This document shows, in pieces, positions 33,148-42,854 of a stretch of DNA of 46,000 nt (position 1 is its first letter; each line of letters starts with the position of its first letter). The notes beneath the pieces are model-generated. The model saw nothing but the letters and a program-made list of their open reading frames with translations. It searched no databases and was not told the origin of the DNA. The stretch spans positions 1 to 46,000 of the forward strand of contig JBFJXH010000001.1 of NCBI GenBank assembly GCA_041623215.1. Direction: 5' to 3'. Source of the DNA: Thermoplasmatota archaeon. Lineage in GTDB: Archaea; Thermoplasmatota; E2; JACPAO01; JAHFTW01. Made by a program: the position numbers and the translations under genes.

Positions 33148-34935
33148 GTGAAGCCGTGGCGGGACCCCGTTGTGGTCGTCGGAACATTGGCGGTCTGGAT
33201 TGCAAGCCTCGTTGCCGTGGTAGCCATTCGAATCCGTGTCGGGGCCTTTGCCTACCCGCTAGACGACGCCTACATCCACATGGCCACGGCGAGGCATTTG
33301 GTGCAAGATGGAGTTTGGGGGGTCACGCCCTATGGCTTTGACCACGTGTCATCATCGCCCCTGTGGACCTTGCTGGTAGCCCTTGCGTTTGCCGTCACGG
33401 GCGTCCATGTTCTCACGCCGCTGATTCTGAATTTCCTCTTGGCGCCCGTAGCCATCTGGGCCCTGGCTGGCCTCCTTCCTTCCATCACTCGACGACGCGC
33501 AGCGGACGGCGCCTGGATGCGCGGTCCAGCCTGGTGGCCGAAAGCTGCGGTCGTGGCGGCGATTGGTCTTGCTGCGCCGCTGTCGACCATGGTGGTGCTT
33601 GGCATGGAACACACGCTGCACATTGCCCTGGCCTTGGTGGCTTTTCGGCTCGTTTGCCAGGTGGTGGAAGACCCCGGGAAGGCCGTCATTGCCGATGCGT
33701 CGGACAAGCAAGGCGCGGCCAAGGAGGACGCGCCCATCGCCGCCACATGGCGGGCCGTGCTGGTGCTGGCCGCCGTCTTCGCGCTGATGGTGGCCACGCG
33801 GTATGAGGGCCTGTTTCTCGTGGGCATCGGGGCGGGGCTTCTGACGCTTCGACGCCGCCCCCTGGCCGGGGGACTGGTGCTGGTCCTCGGGATGGCCCCT
33901 CTGGCGGCGATGGGAGCGTACGCCATGGCTCAGGGCGCGGGATTCCTTCCCAATGGGGTTGCACTCAAAGGCGATTCGCTGCCTGCCTTGTCGTTCTCGG
34001 GGGCGCTAGATTTGGCCATTCGCCTGGTGGTTCGAGTGGTTCGTCAGCCCAACGTGCTGACGCCTTTGGTGTTGGCCGCCCCCGCCTGGTGGCTTTATCG
34101 CGCATCGCGATTGGGCGGTGGACGGACGTTCTGGAGTGCCGGTCAAGTTGCCACCCTCGCTTGGTTCGGCATGGCGTGTGCCCATCTGATGTTCGCGCAA
34201 CTGGGCTGGTTCTACCGCTACGAAACCTACCTGTTGGTGCTGGCCGCCGCCATCGCTGTGGGCGAGGCAAAATCGTGGCTGGATGAACGGCGCGCAGACC
34301 CGGCAAGCCGGCAAGGGGCGCGCCGGTTTGACCGCCGGCACCTTGCGGCGGTTGCAGTCGTTCTTCTACTGCTCCTTGGACCCATGGCTGCGCGTGGCTT
34401 GGTGGGGGGCGTGGCGCCTCCGCGAGGATCGGAGTTCATCCACACGCAACAGGTTCAAACGGGGCGATTCCTAGCTTTGCACTACGAGGACCAGCCAGTC
34501 GCCATCAACGATATTGGCGTTCCAACGTTTCTGGCGGACCTGCAACTTCTTGATACGTGGGGATTAGCCTCACAGGAGGTGGCAGACCTGAAGAAAGCTG
34601 GCGCCTACAACACGACATGGCTGGCGGATGAAGCGGAGCGGCGTGGTGTGCAGGTTGCCATCATCTACGATTTCTGGCTGGATGGATTTGGTGGAACACC
34701 CGAATCCTGGGTCGCCGTAGGCAATTGGTCGGTTCGGGAAGGCCCCGCGCTACAGCAGTGGGTGAGCATCTACGCCGTGGACGAGGGGCACGCGGACCTG
34801 TTGATGAGTCGCTTGTGTGACTTTACACCCGAATTGCCTCGGCAGGTCACCGTACGCGGCGCGTATCTGGACCACGCCAAGTGCCAGGGCGTTGAGGCGC
34901 GGTCCACTGCCACGGTCGTGCATCATGAGTCGTAA
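33148..34935 (+). CDS. polytopic membrane protein, possible GT-C-fold glycosyltransferase, with C-terminal soluble domain
   Basis: Listed ORF 32638.. is antisense to cgi121 over its first part, so I trimmed it to GTG 33148 (ATG 33115 also possible). The first loop carries an acidic motif (YPLDDAYIH), followed by about 11 hydrophobic helices and about 190 C-terminal residues. Confidence 0.65.
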   Translation: MKPWRDPVVVVGTLAVWIASLVAVVAIRIRVGAFAYPLDDAYIHMATARHLVQDGVWGVTPYGFDHVSSSPLWTLLVALAFAVTGVHVLTPLILNFLLAPVAIWALAGLLPSITRRRAADGAWMRGPAWWPKAAVVAAIGLAAPLSTMVVLGMEHTLHIALALVAFRLVCQVVEDPGKAVIADASDKQGAAKEDAPIAATWRAVLVLAAVFALMVATRYEGLFLVGIGAGLLTLRRRPLAGGLVLVLGMAPLAAMGAYAMAQGAGFLPNGVALKGDSLPALSFSGALDLAIRLVVRVVRQPNVLTPLVLAAPAWWLYRASRLGGGRTFWSAGQVATLAWFGMACAHLMFAQLGWFYRYETYLLVLAAAIAVGEAKSWLDERRADPASRQGARRFDRRHLAAVAVVLLLLLGPMAARGLVGGVAPPRGSEFIHTQQVQTGRFLALHYEDQPVAINDIGVPTFLADLQLLDTWGLASQEVADLKKAGAYNTTWLADEAERRGVQVAIIYDFWLDGFGGTPESWVAVGNWSVREGPALQQWVSIYAVDEGHADLLMSRLCDFTPELPRQVTVRGAYLDHAKCQGVEARSTATVVHHES

Positions 34936-37124
34936 TCAAAGAGCGTCGTGGCGGCCCGTGGCGCCGCCGGCTCTGGCTTGATGCTGGATGCGCTTCCGGG
35001 TTCGTCGCCCACTTGCCGCAGTAGCCGACGGGCCAGTTCGGGGCCGAATCCTGGCAGGCCGGCCAGCCGTTCCAGCGGGACGCCGCGCAAGTCGGCGGGC
35101 GACCTAAAGCCGGCAGCTAGCAGTGTTCGCGCCCGGACCCGTCCAACGCCATCCAGCGCAAGAATGGCCAAGGCATCCTCGCGAACGCCGTGTTCCACCC
35201 GTTTGCCCAGGCTCAAGATTGCCTTGTGCCACGTCGGGCGAAAGGCCCGAGCAAACTCGGCGTATGCATGCAGCAACCATCCGGAGGCATCAACCCGCAA
35301 TCGAACGTCGCCGGGACCAATCTGGAATTTTGCCTCCAAATCCTCCTGACGCGTCTCATCAATCCAGTCGGCAAGGAGGGTGGCAGTCTTCGTCCAGGAT
35401 AGCGACTGCTCCAAGTCTGGGTCCTCGGGTGTCAGCCGGTTTTCGTAGCCGGCATAGTACTGCGCCTGGACCCAATCATAATCGTTCTTGCGCATATACA
35501 ATGGGTACACTTCCGGGCACCCAGCAATGGCCTCGAGGACGGCGAAGGCAGGCGGTTCTGCCAAGTCTGGGCGACTGTCCAGGCTTACACGAAGCCGCAG
35601 CGCCGACAGCGGGTCAATGTAGAGGTCACTGGTGCGCTTGCCAAGCATGGTGGCTGTCAGCGTGTTGCCGTCGCGTTCAATGAATCCCTGCTCTTCAAGA
35701 AACCAAACCACATCTTCGAGGCGGTCGCGGCGAATCCAATCCTGGGTTTGCTGACTCCACAAAGTACCGTCGAGCCATGCCTCCAGTTCGGCGTCGTTTT
35801 GGCAATACCCTGCGGCGATACTGGCCAAGGTGTGAATGCGAAGGGCCGCTTCCCCGGCTAGCTTCGATTGCACGTCCTCCACCTCGCCGTGCAGGTAGGA
35901 TTCCACCACCGCATCCTCCATTTCCTGCGTCTTTGTGATGATAATGGCCTCCCCGTACGGGTCGTACCGGGGTCGCCCCGCGCGCCCCATCATTTGGTGC
36001 ACCTCCATTACAGGCAGCGGATGATTGCCGCGCCCCGGTTCGAAACGGGTGACGTCGCGGATGATGACGCGGCGCGCCGGCGTGTTAACGCCCGCGGCTA
36101 ACGTTGGGGTGGCGCAAATGACCTTCAGGTCCCCGCCACGAAAGCGGTCTTCGACGAAGCGCCGTTGCCGGGCGTCGAGGCCGGCTGTGTGGAAAGCCAC
36201 TCCTGCTTCGCACAGTTTTCTCAGCTTCTTTGCTAGTAGGCCGCGGTCGTCTGCCTGGCGAGCCCCTAGCCCGTCGTCGCACAACTTCGCCAATTGGTCT
36301 AGCGCATCCTGGTCCAACAGGTCTCGTACGACCGGTGCCAACCGGCCTGCTGCCGCTTCGGCACCCCGACGAGTCGAACAAAAGACTAGGCATTGGCCGC
36401 CGTCCAGAACCGCTTCCTCCACCAGTGCCGCCACGGGGTCGCCGCCGCTGTCGAGGTGCCGTGGCGGCTGTCCCTCCAATGTCAGCGCGTCGCCAAAGTA
36501 GGTGCCCCGGTGCAGTTCTACGGGGCGCCAATCACTGGTGACCAGGTCGGCCCCAAGCCACCGGGCCAGTTCGTCGGTGTTGCCAACCGTGGCGGAGAGC
36601 GCGACCAACTGGGCGTCGGGAACCAAGGCGCGAAAGCGGCTCAGGATGACTTCAAGTGTCGGGCCGCGGGAGGCGTCGTTGACGAGGTGGACCTCGTCAG
36701 CCACGACGCAGGCCACTTCCCTCGTCCAGGGGGCGCCGTGACGAAGCAGCGCATCGGCCTTCTCACTTGTGCAGACGATGATATCCGCTGCGGCGGCCCG
36801 GGTATCTTTCTCGTCAGGATCGCCGGTGGCGAGGCCGACCTTGAGGCCTAATTCTTGGAAAGCGCGCAGTTCGTCCGTCTTTTCGCTGGCCAAGGCGCGT
36901 AATGGCACAATGTACAGGCACTTGCGGCCGGTGCGGAGCCATTGGTGCAGAATGGCAAGGTAGGCGATGAGGCTCTTTCCGCTGGCGGTGGGAATGGCTG
37001 CGACGACGTTGGTGCCCTTGCGGATGACGTTCCATGCCTCTTCCTGGGGCGGATACAGGCTCGTGATGCCTTGGCCTTCCAGTAGCGCAGCGACACGCGG
37101 GTGGAGGTCGGTCGGCAGGCTCAC
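34923..37124 (-). CDS. hel308: Hel308/Ski2-like ATP-dependent DNA helicase
   Basis: GTG start. Walker A AIPTASGKSLIA, DEVH box, HHAGL-type FHTAGLD, and a C-terminal HhH-like domain. Confidence 0.92.
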   Translation of the reverse strand: MSLPTDLHPRVAALLEGQGITSLYPPQEEAWNVIRKGTNVVAAIPTASGKSLIAYLAILHQWLRTGRKCLYIVPLRALASEKTDELRAFQELGLKVGLATGDPDEKDTRAAAADIIVCTSEKADALLRHGAPWTREVACVVADEVHLVNDASRGPTLEVILSRFRALVPDAQLVALSATVGNTDELARWLGADLVTSDWRPVELHRGTYFGDALTLEGQPPRHLDSGGDPVAALVEEAVLDGGQCLVFCSTRRGAEAAAGRLAPVVRDLLDQDALDQLAKLCDDGLGARQADDRGLLAKKLRKLCEAGVAFHTAGLDARQRRFVEDRFRGGDLKVICATPTLAAGVNTPARRVIIRDVTRFEPGRGNHPLPVMEVHQMMGRAGRPRYDPYGEAIIITKTQEMEDAVVESYLHGEVEDVQSKLAGEAALRIHTLASIAAGYCQNDAELEAWLDGTLWSQQTQDWIRRDRLEDVVWFLEEQGFIERDGNTLTATMLGKRTSDLYIDPLSALRLRVSLDSRPDLAEPPAFAVLEAIAGCPEVYPLYMRKNDYDWVQAQYYAGYENRLTPEDPDLEQSLSWTKTATLLADWIDETRQEDLEAKFQIGPGDVRLRVDASGWLLHAYAEFARAFRPTWHKAILSLGKRVEHGVREDALAILALDGVGRVRARTLLAAGFRSPADLRGVPLERLAGLPGFGPELARRLLRQVGDEPGSASSIKPEPAAPRAATTLFDYDS

Positions 37125-37148
37125 GGCCGCGGCCAGCGTGGCTGGGCG

Positions 37149-37153
37149 TTAAG
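37149..37153 (-). promoter_or_regulatory. TTAA-type box (CCTTAACGCC on minus strand) 25-29 nt upstream of the hel308 GTG
   Basis: Nearly the same context as the pepA box (CCCTTTAACGCC). Confidence 0.35.
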
Positions 37154-37265
37154 GCGTGCCGTGCAGGTGAGTGGACGTTGCGCAGTCCTTGGCATCCGCA
37201 GATCCGCGCGTCCGCGGGCCACGTCAGAGGCCCCTTCGCCTTGGCTGGGCGCTGAAACGCGATGT

Positions 37266-38801
37266 CTACTGCCGGCGCCGCGCGACGACGAGCGCTGCCG
37301 CCACCGCTGCTGCGACCAAGACGAGGCCCGGCCCGGGTGTGTCGGCGCTGTCTAGCATGGCGGGAGCCTCGCTTTGCTGGGGGTCCAGGGGGGCTGCGTC
37401 GCTGGCATCGGGAACGCCGTCGCCATCGGAGTCGGCATTGCCGCCTGCCGGCTGGATGGTCGGGGGCACCTCCCGTGAGGTCGCAATGGCGGGGTCCATG
37501 GGGGCTGCGTCGAGGTAATCGCGCACGCCGTCCGAGTCGCGGTCCCGACCCAGTTCCAACCCCGGCCACGTGAGGGCTAGGGCCAGGGCCGCCTTTGCAT
37601 CGAGAAGGCCGAAACCGTATTGCTCATGCCACTTGGCATTAATCTCAGGCGCCGAGGGTTCCTGACCGGGGAACGGCACGGCGCTTTGGTGCAGAATTTC
37701 GCGCACATCGTGGACCGTTAGGTTGGGATTGGCCTGCAACAAGACCGCCACGGTGCCAGCAACGAACGGAGTAGCGGCGCTAGTGCCACCAAAGTAGGTT
37801 GAGCAGTGCAAGGGCGTGGACAGGAACGGGTTAGCATCTGCTTCCAGGCAAAGGACCTGGTATTCGCTGCCATCGCCGACGCCTGCATTCGTGCTGATGA
37901 CGTTCATGCCGGGGGCTGCGACATCGGGCTTCAGTTCCTCGTAAGGGTCGTCGTCGCCGTCGTCCGTCCGGGGCCCCCAACTACTGCTGGTAGCAATTTC
38001 GTCATCGTCGCGGGTGATGGTCCGGTGGTTCCAGGCATTGGCGATGGACAATGCGCCGTCTGCTCCGGTTGGGCAACCGAGGGTGTTTGCCTCTTGGTTG
38101 CCGGAATTGCCCGCCGAACCAAGGACAATGATGCCGGCTTCGGCCGCCCGGTTCGCAGCTTCGCAAACGGGGTCCGAGCCATCCGTTCGGTCATTGGGGC
38201 TCCAGCTCATCGTGATGATGTCGATGCCGTCGTTGGACGGGTCGTCGTCGCCCCAGTCGTGGTCTCGGTGCTCGATGGCCCAATCGAAGGCGGTGACCAT
38301 GTCGGCGCTCGTAGTCATGGAGGGAATGTCCTGGAACATCACATCAACCATCCAAGCGCAAGGCGCAGAACCGAGGCGGGCCTCCTCCGGCCAATCAGGC
38401 CGGTCATCCGGCGCGTTGAAGGGCATGCCAAAGTGGCTCGCCGCCATGCCCGCGACGGGCGTCCCGTGGGAGCCAACTAGAGGCTGAGGGTTGCCGCCAT
38501 TGGCCAGCGTCCACAGAGTCTGAGTTGCGGTCACGTCCACGCCGGCCACGACCTTACCGTCGAGCCACGGGTGGCGGTCGTCAACACCGTTGTCGAAAAT
38601 TGCGATGGTCACGCCGCATCCCATGTAGCCTTCGTCCCAGACGCCGGGGCCGTACTCATCCGAGCCGCGTAGGAAGGTTCCCCGCGTGGCAACTTCAAGG
38701 GCTGAGGCCGCAGGGAGGGTTGCAGCTAGGCTGCCAAGCATCAGAATCGTGGTCACAAGTAGGGCCTTACGCATGTGCCGCCAGCTACGGCGCATGGCCA
38801 T
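37266..38801 (-). CDS. secreted subtilisin-like (S8) serine protease with TSP3-like Ca-binding repeats and a PGF-CTERM-like anchor
   Basis: Signal peptide, Asp box IAIFDNGVD, His box HGTPVAGMAAS and Ser box GGTSAATPFVAG. The tail carries DSDGVRD, DSDGDGVPDASD and TPGPGLVLVAAAVAAALVVARRRQ. Confidence 0.88.
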   Translation of the reverse strand: MAMRRSWRHMRKALLVTTILMLGSLAATLPAASALEVATRGTFLRGSDEYGPGVWDEGYMGCGVTIAIFDNGVDDRHPWLDGKVVAGVDVTATQTLWTLANGGNPQPLVGSHGTPVAGMAASHFGMPFNAPDDRPDWPEEARLGSAPCAWMVDVMFQDIPSMTTSADMVTAFDWAIEHRDHDWGDDDPSNDGIDIITMSWSPNDRTDGSDPVCEAANRAAEAGIIVLGSAGNSGNQEANTLGCPTGADGALSIANAWNHRTITRDDDEIATSSSWGPRTDDGDDDPYEELKPDVAAPGMNVISTNAGVGDGSEYQVLCLEADANPFLSTPLHCSTYFGGTSAATPFVAGTVAVLLQANPNLTVHDVREILHQSAVPFPGQEPSAPEINAKWHEQYGFGLLDAKAALALALTWPGLELGRDRDSDGVRDYLDAAPMDPAIATSREVPPTIQPAGGNADSDGDGVPDASDAAPLDPQQSEAPAMLDSADTPGPGLVLVAAAVAAALVVARRRQ

Positions 38802-38863
38802 AACCGTTGGGGCTGCAAACTAGGGGCCGTGAAGTTCAAGGCGGGGTGCCCGCGTCGCGGCGC

Positions 38864-40486
38864 ATGCATCGTTGTTCCAACGCGAAGTGGATGATTCCCT
38901 GCTTGGTTGCCTTGAGCCTGGTTGGCCTGGCCGGATGCCTTGGCTCGAATTCTCCCGGCGCCTCGTCGGCGCCCGACGACGGGACCTCACTGTCTTTTGA
39001 CCCGCTTTGGTACGAGAAAGCCCTCACCGGCGGCGATGGTCATGACCACGCCGATTTCCAAGCACACGCCGAGCTGTCGACGCCCAACTTTGACATTCTT
39101 GGCTGGGACCCCCTCATCACCGAGTACGGTACCAGTCCCGGTGGCGTCAACTGCGGCGATGCGGCACAAACCCAGGACGGTCGCCGCATCGGGGCCGTCC
39201 AAGCGGACGACGGTGCCGGCATCGTGCTTTCGGACCTGACGGATCCGGCAGCACCCGTGTTCTTGGGTGAACTGTATTTGACGGGGACCAACATTTACGA
39301 TGTGGCGGTCACCAACGACGCCGAGCACCTGGCCATTGTGACGTGGAGCGCGGATACCGACCGCGTGCCGATGCCTGCGTGGGCCAGCCAGATCCAAGCC
39401 GGCACGGGGGCGTTACCGGCGGACGCAGGCCGAGCCGAATCCCGCAACGGACACGGTTTCTTCATCGATGCATGCGGAGGGCATCACCCAGTCACCAGCT
39501 CCGTTCAGGACCCCATTCCTCGACCCGTGAGTGTGCTCCTGGTGGACATTGCCGACCCTGCCAGTCCCGTGATTGTGGACCAGAAACCAATCCAAGGCCT
39601 TGGGCACGGCGTATTTACGACTGACATCGCCGGCCAGGAATGGGTCTTGACCATCACCGAGAATCTGATGGAAGGGGCCCGTTTCTTCACGCTCTTCGAG
39701 ATTGTCCAGGATGAGAGCCTCGGCGACCGTCTGGACCCTGTCAGCGTCTTCCAAGACGCCCTCAGTCCAGACCACGTGGTCAGTGCCGTAGGCCACAGTG
39801 ACGGATGGCTTGACCTCCATCCGGTCACGGGGGAGATCACAGGATACTTTGTGGCTGGCACGAAAATGCTGCTAGTGGACTATTCCGACCCAAGGCTACC
39901 AACGCTGCTTGGCTCGTGGAGCGACGTACCGGAGCAATTGGCCGCCGACCACAACCTGCATTCCATTCACACCGAAGACTTCCTGCGGGGAGACCGCCAT
40001 TACACCTTCTTGGGCCCCGAGAATGGACCCATGGACGAAACCCCGACGGGCGTGGTTTGGGTCATCGATACGACGGATCCGACGCAGCCGTTTGAGGTCG
40101 CGGCGTGGACGTTGCCCTACGACGTGGACTGGTCCGGGGCCAGCTACTCGCCCCACTACCTCACGGTCGTCAATGACACCCTGTTTGTTGCCATGTATCA
40201 TGGCGGCATCTGGGCCGTCGATGTCAGCAATATTGCGCTCGGTACGCCGGAGGCCCCGGTCCTCCTGCCGAGCATTGGTGCCTTCCTGCCCGCTAACGAA
40301 CCACCCGCCCGGCCAGAAGGATCCCGCTACAGTCACACGGCGCCCCACATCTTTGAGGTGTTTGCCTTCCCTGACGGCTCGCTGGCCACCTTTGAAACCA
40401 ATTCTGGTGTCTACACATTCCGCTTTGACGCCACGCAACCCGCGCCGTCGCCTGAGCCGTGGCCGATCGAACCGGTTTCCAGCTAA
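38864..40486 (+). CDS. surface lipoprotein, LVIVD-repeat-like beta-propeller (paralog of 12477..13982)
   Basis: MHRCSNAKWMIPCLVALSLVGLAGC lipobox, VVWVIDTTDPTQPFEV and MYHGGIWAVDVS. Trimmed from the listed TTG start at 38807. Confidence 0.75.
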   Translation: MHRCSNAKWMIPCLVALSLVGLAGCLGSNSPGASSAPDDGTSLSFDPLWYEKALTGGDGHDHADFQAHAELSTPNFDILGWDPLITEYGTSPGGVNCGDAAQTQDGRRIGAVQADDGAGIVLSDLTDPAAPVFLGELYLTGTNIYDVAVTNDAEHLAIVTWSADTDRVPMPAWASQIQAGTGALPADAGRAESRNGHGFFIDACGGHHPVTSSVQDPIPRPVSVLLVDIADPASPVIVDQKPIQGLGHGVFTTDIAGQEWVLTITENLMEGARFFTLFEIVQDESLGDRLDPVSVFQDALSPDHVVSAVGHSDGWLDLHPVTGEITGYFVAGTKMLLVDYSDPRLPTLLGSWSDVPEQLAADHNLHSIHTEDFLRGDRHYTFLGPENGPMDETPTGVVWVIDTTDPTQPFEVAAWTLPYDVDWSGASYSPHYLTVVNDTLFVAMYHGGIWAVDVSNIALGTPEAPVLLPSIGAFLPANEPPARPEGSRYSHTAPHIFEVFAFPDGSLATFETNSGVYTFRFDATQPAPSPEPWPIEPVSS

Positions 40487-40614
40487 ACGGAAGCCTGCGG
40501 TTCCTCAGCGATGGGGCCGAGCGTGGGTCCGGTGGGTCGCCCAGCATGTGCTTCGCGTCCAGTGGCCGCATCCGGCTACTTTTCAAGGGCCGCCGAGTCG
40601 CCGAGGATGTGAGC

Positions 40615-42393
40615 ATGCGCGTCGCGGTTCTCCTGGAGGACCGGTGCCAACCCCGCAAGTGCAACCAGGAATGCATCTCCTTCTGCCCCCCCGTGCGGTC
40701 GGGTCAAACGGAGACCATCTACATGGGCGAGCACGGTAAGCCGGTCATTTCCGAGGACCTGTGCATCGGGTGCGGCATTTGCGTGAACAAGTGCCCCTTC
40801 GACGCAATCCGCATCATCGGCCTCCCGGAGGAGCTCGAAGACGACATGGTTCACCGCTACGGCAAGAACGGCTTCCGCCTGTTTCGCCTGCCGGTGCCCC
40901 GCGAAGGTGCCGCAACGGGCATTCTGGGTCCCAACGGGATTGGCAAGACCACCGCAATGAAAATTCTGGCCGGCGAGGAAATTCCCAACTTGGGTGATTA
41001 CGAGAATCCGACGCCCACCTGGGACCCCGTGCTTGACCACTTCCGCGGCACCGACATTGGCCAATACCTCAAGACCGTGGTGAACGACGGCATCGTGACG
41101 GCTCGCAAGCCGCAGTACGTGGACCAGATTCCGAAGGCGTTCAAGGGACAAGTCAAGGAATTGCTTCGCACGGTGGACACAGATGGCCGCTTCGATGAGG
41201 TGGTGCCGCGCCTCAACATCGACCACATCCTTGGCCGCAGCATGGAGCAAGTCTCGGGTGGCGAACTGCAACGCATTGCCATTGCAGCGACGCTTCTGAA
41301 GGAAGCCGATGTGTACTTCTTCGACGAGCCCTCAAGCTACCTAGACATTCACGAACGGATGCGTGTGAGTCGCGTCATCCAAGACCTGGCAGCCAAGAAA
41401 CGCGTGTTGGTCATCGAGCACGATTTGGCCGTGCTGGACTTCCTCACAGACCAAGTGCATCTTGCCTACGGCGACGAAGGTGCCTATGGCGTCATCACGC
41501 CGGCCAAGCCCGTACGGCACGCCATCAACACCTACCTCGAGGGCTATCTGCCGGAGGAAAACATCCGGGTGCGCGATGAGGCCATCAAGTTCGAGGCGCG
41601 CCCGCCGCGAGCCAGTGCCGAACTGATTGAATTGCTCACGTTCCCTGCCCTGCGCAAGGACCTGGGGTCCTTCGAAATCTCCTGTGACCCCGGCACCATC
41701 CACCACGGCGAAGTGGTTGGGGTGGTCGGAGCCAACGGCACCGGCAAGACGACCTTTACCAAGATGCTGGCCGGCGTATTGCCGCCAGATGAAGGCGTGG
41801 TGGACGACCAGGTGACGGTGGCCTACAAGCCCCAATACGTCAAGGGAGACTTCGATGGCAGCGTCAAGGACCTGCTGCATACGCAAGCGCCGGAGCTGCT
41901 GCAATCAGGCTTTGCCAAATCGGAAATCGCTCGGCCCTTGCAGTTGGCGGCCTTATTCGAAAAGGAAGTCAAGCGGCTCTCCGGCGGCGAATTGCAGCGC
42001 CTCGCCGTTGCCTTGTGTCTCAACAAGGACGCCCACATCTACCTTCTCGACGAGCCCAGTGCCTATCTGGATGCCAACCAGCGCATCCAGTGCGCCAAGA
42101 CCGTGCGACGCGTCATGGAGAAGAAGGCGCGCTCGGCGCTCATCGTGGACCACGACGTCTACTTCTTGGACTTAGTTAGCGACTCCATGATGGTCTTCGG
42201 CGGGGAGCCCGGCGTAGCCGGCCATGCCACGGGCCCGTACTCGCTGCGAGCTGGCATGAACCGCTTCCTTGCAGGCGTCGATGTTACGTTCCGGCGCGAT
42301 CAGGACACCAAGCGCCCGCGTATCAACAAGCCCGGCAGCCGCTTGGACCGGACGCAGCGCGAAGCCGGCGAATACTACTACGCACCCGAATAG
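40615..42393 (+). CDS. abce1: ABCE1 / RNase L inhibitor homolog (ribosome recycling factor)
   Basis: N-terminal FeS domain (CQPRKCNQECISFCP; CIGCGICVNKCP) and two ABC cassettes (GPNGIGKTT...LSGGELQR; GANGTGKTT...LSGGELQR). Trimmed to ATG 40615 (MRVAVLLEDRC). Confidence 0.95.
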   Translation: MRVAVLLEDRCQPRKCNQECISFCPPVRSGQTETIYMGEHGKPVISEDLCIGCGICVNKCPFDAIRIIGLPEELEDDMVHRYGKNGFRLFRLPVPREGAATGILGPNGIGKTTAMKILAGEEIPNLGDYENPTPTWDPVLDHFRGTDIGQYLKTVVNDGIVTARKPQYVDQIPKAFKGQVKELLRTVDTDGRFDEVVPRLNIDHILGRSMEQVSGGELQRIAIAATLLKEADVYFFDEPSSYLDIHERMRVSRVIQDLAAKKRVLVIEHDLAVLDFLTDQVHLAYGDEGAYGVITPAKPVRHAINTYLEGYLPEENIRVRDEAIKFEARPPRASAELIELLTFPALRKDLGSFEISCDPGTIHHGEVVGVVGANGTGKTTFTKMLAGVLPPDEGVVDDQVTVAYKPQYVKGDFDGSVKDLLHTQAPELLQSGFAKSEIARPLQLAALFEKEVKRLSGGELQRLAVALCLNKDAHIYLLDEPSAYLDANQRIQCAKTVRRVMEKKARSALIVDHDVYFLDLVSDSMMVFGGEPGVAGHATGPYSLRAGMNRFLAGVDVTFRRDQDTKRPRINKPGSRLDRTQREAGEYYYAPE

Positions 42394-42486
42394 ACCACGA
42401 GTGCATGCAGGTCCAATCACGGTTTGGTCGGTTTGACTCGAAGGGCCCTTAAGCCAAGGCCAACGTGGCCGCCCCCGGGCCATTCT

Positions 42487-42798
42487 ATGAATAAGATTCT
42501 CATGATTATCGGCGGCGTCGTGGTCGCCGTCCTGGTTGTTCTTGGCGGCATGTACGCATTTGACGCGCCCATTGGTGCAACGATTACGGACAAGCGCTGC
42601 TTCTCGGCTGAAATTGACATCAAGACCGACTTTGGGGCCAGTGTGACGCTTCCCGACGTGCCGCCACAACAGTGCGGCGCCATCCAAGAAGACAACTACG
42701 TCAAGTATCACATTCGCAGCGGCCGCACGGAGATTTTTGAATCCAAGGGCGGCGCTTGCATCTGGGACACCGAGCACGGCGTCAACGGCTGCGGATAA
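42487..42798 (+). CDS. small membrane-anchored 4-Cys protein (paralog of 44578..44973), unknown family
   Basis: MNKILMIIGGVVVAVLVVLGG TM anchor. Conserved blocks PIGATITDKRC, QQCG and YHIRSGRTEIFESKGGACIWD are shared with the second copy. Confidence 0.6.
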   Translation: MNKILMIIGGVVVAVLVVLGGMYAFDAPIGATITDKRCFSAEIDIKTDFGASVTLPDVPPQQCGAIQEDNYVKYHIRSGRTEIFESKGGACIWDTEHGVNGCG

Positions 42799-42854
42799 GC
42801 GTCGCCGGCCGCGGCAGGTTACCGCGTCCATTGGCTGTGGATTGAAACGGCGCA

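Noticed and set aside
36814-37569. 251-aa minus-strand ORF spanning the hel308 start and the S8 protease end
   Set aside because: It is extremely Arg/Pro-rich, is out of frame with two well-supported genes and crosses their spacer.
40459-40614. N-terminal extension of the listed ABCE1 ORF
   Set aside because: It overlaps the upstream gene end. ABCE1 proteins start right at the FeS-cluster domain, which here follows ATG 40615.
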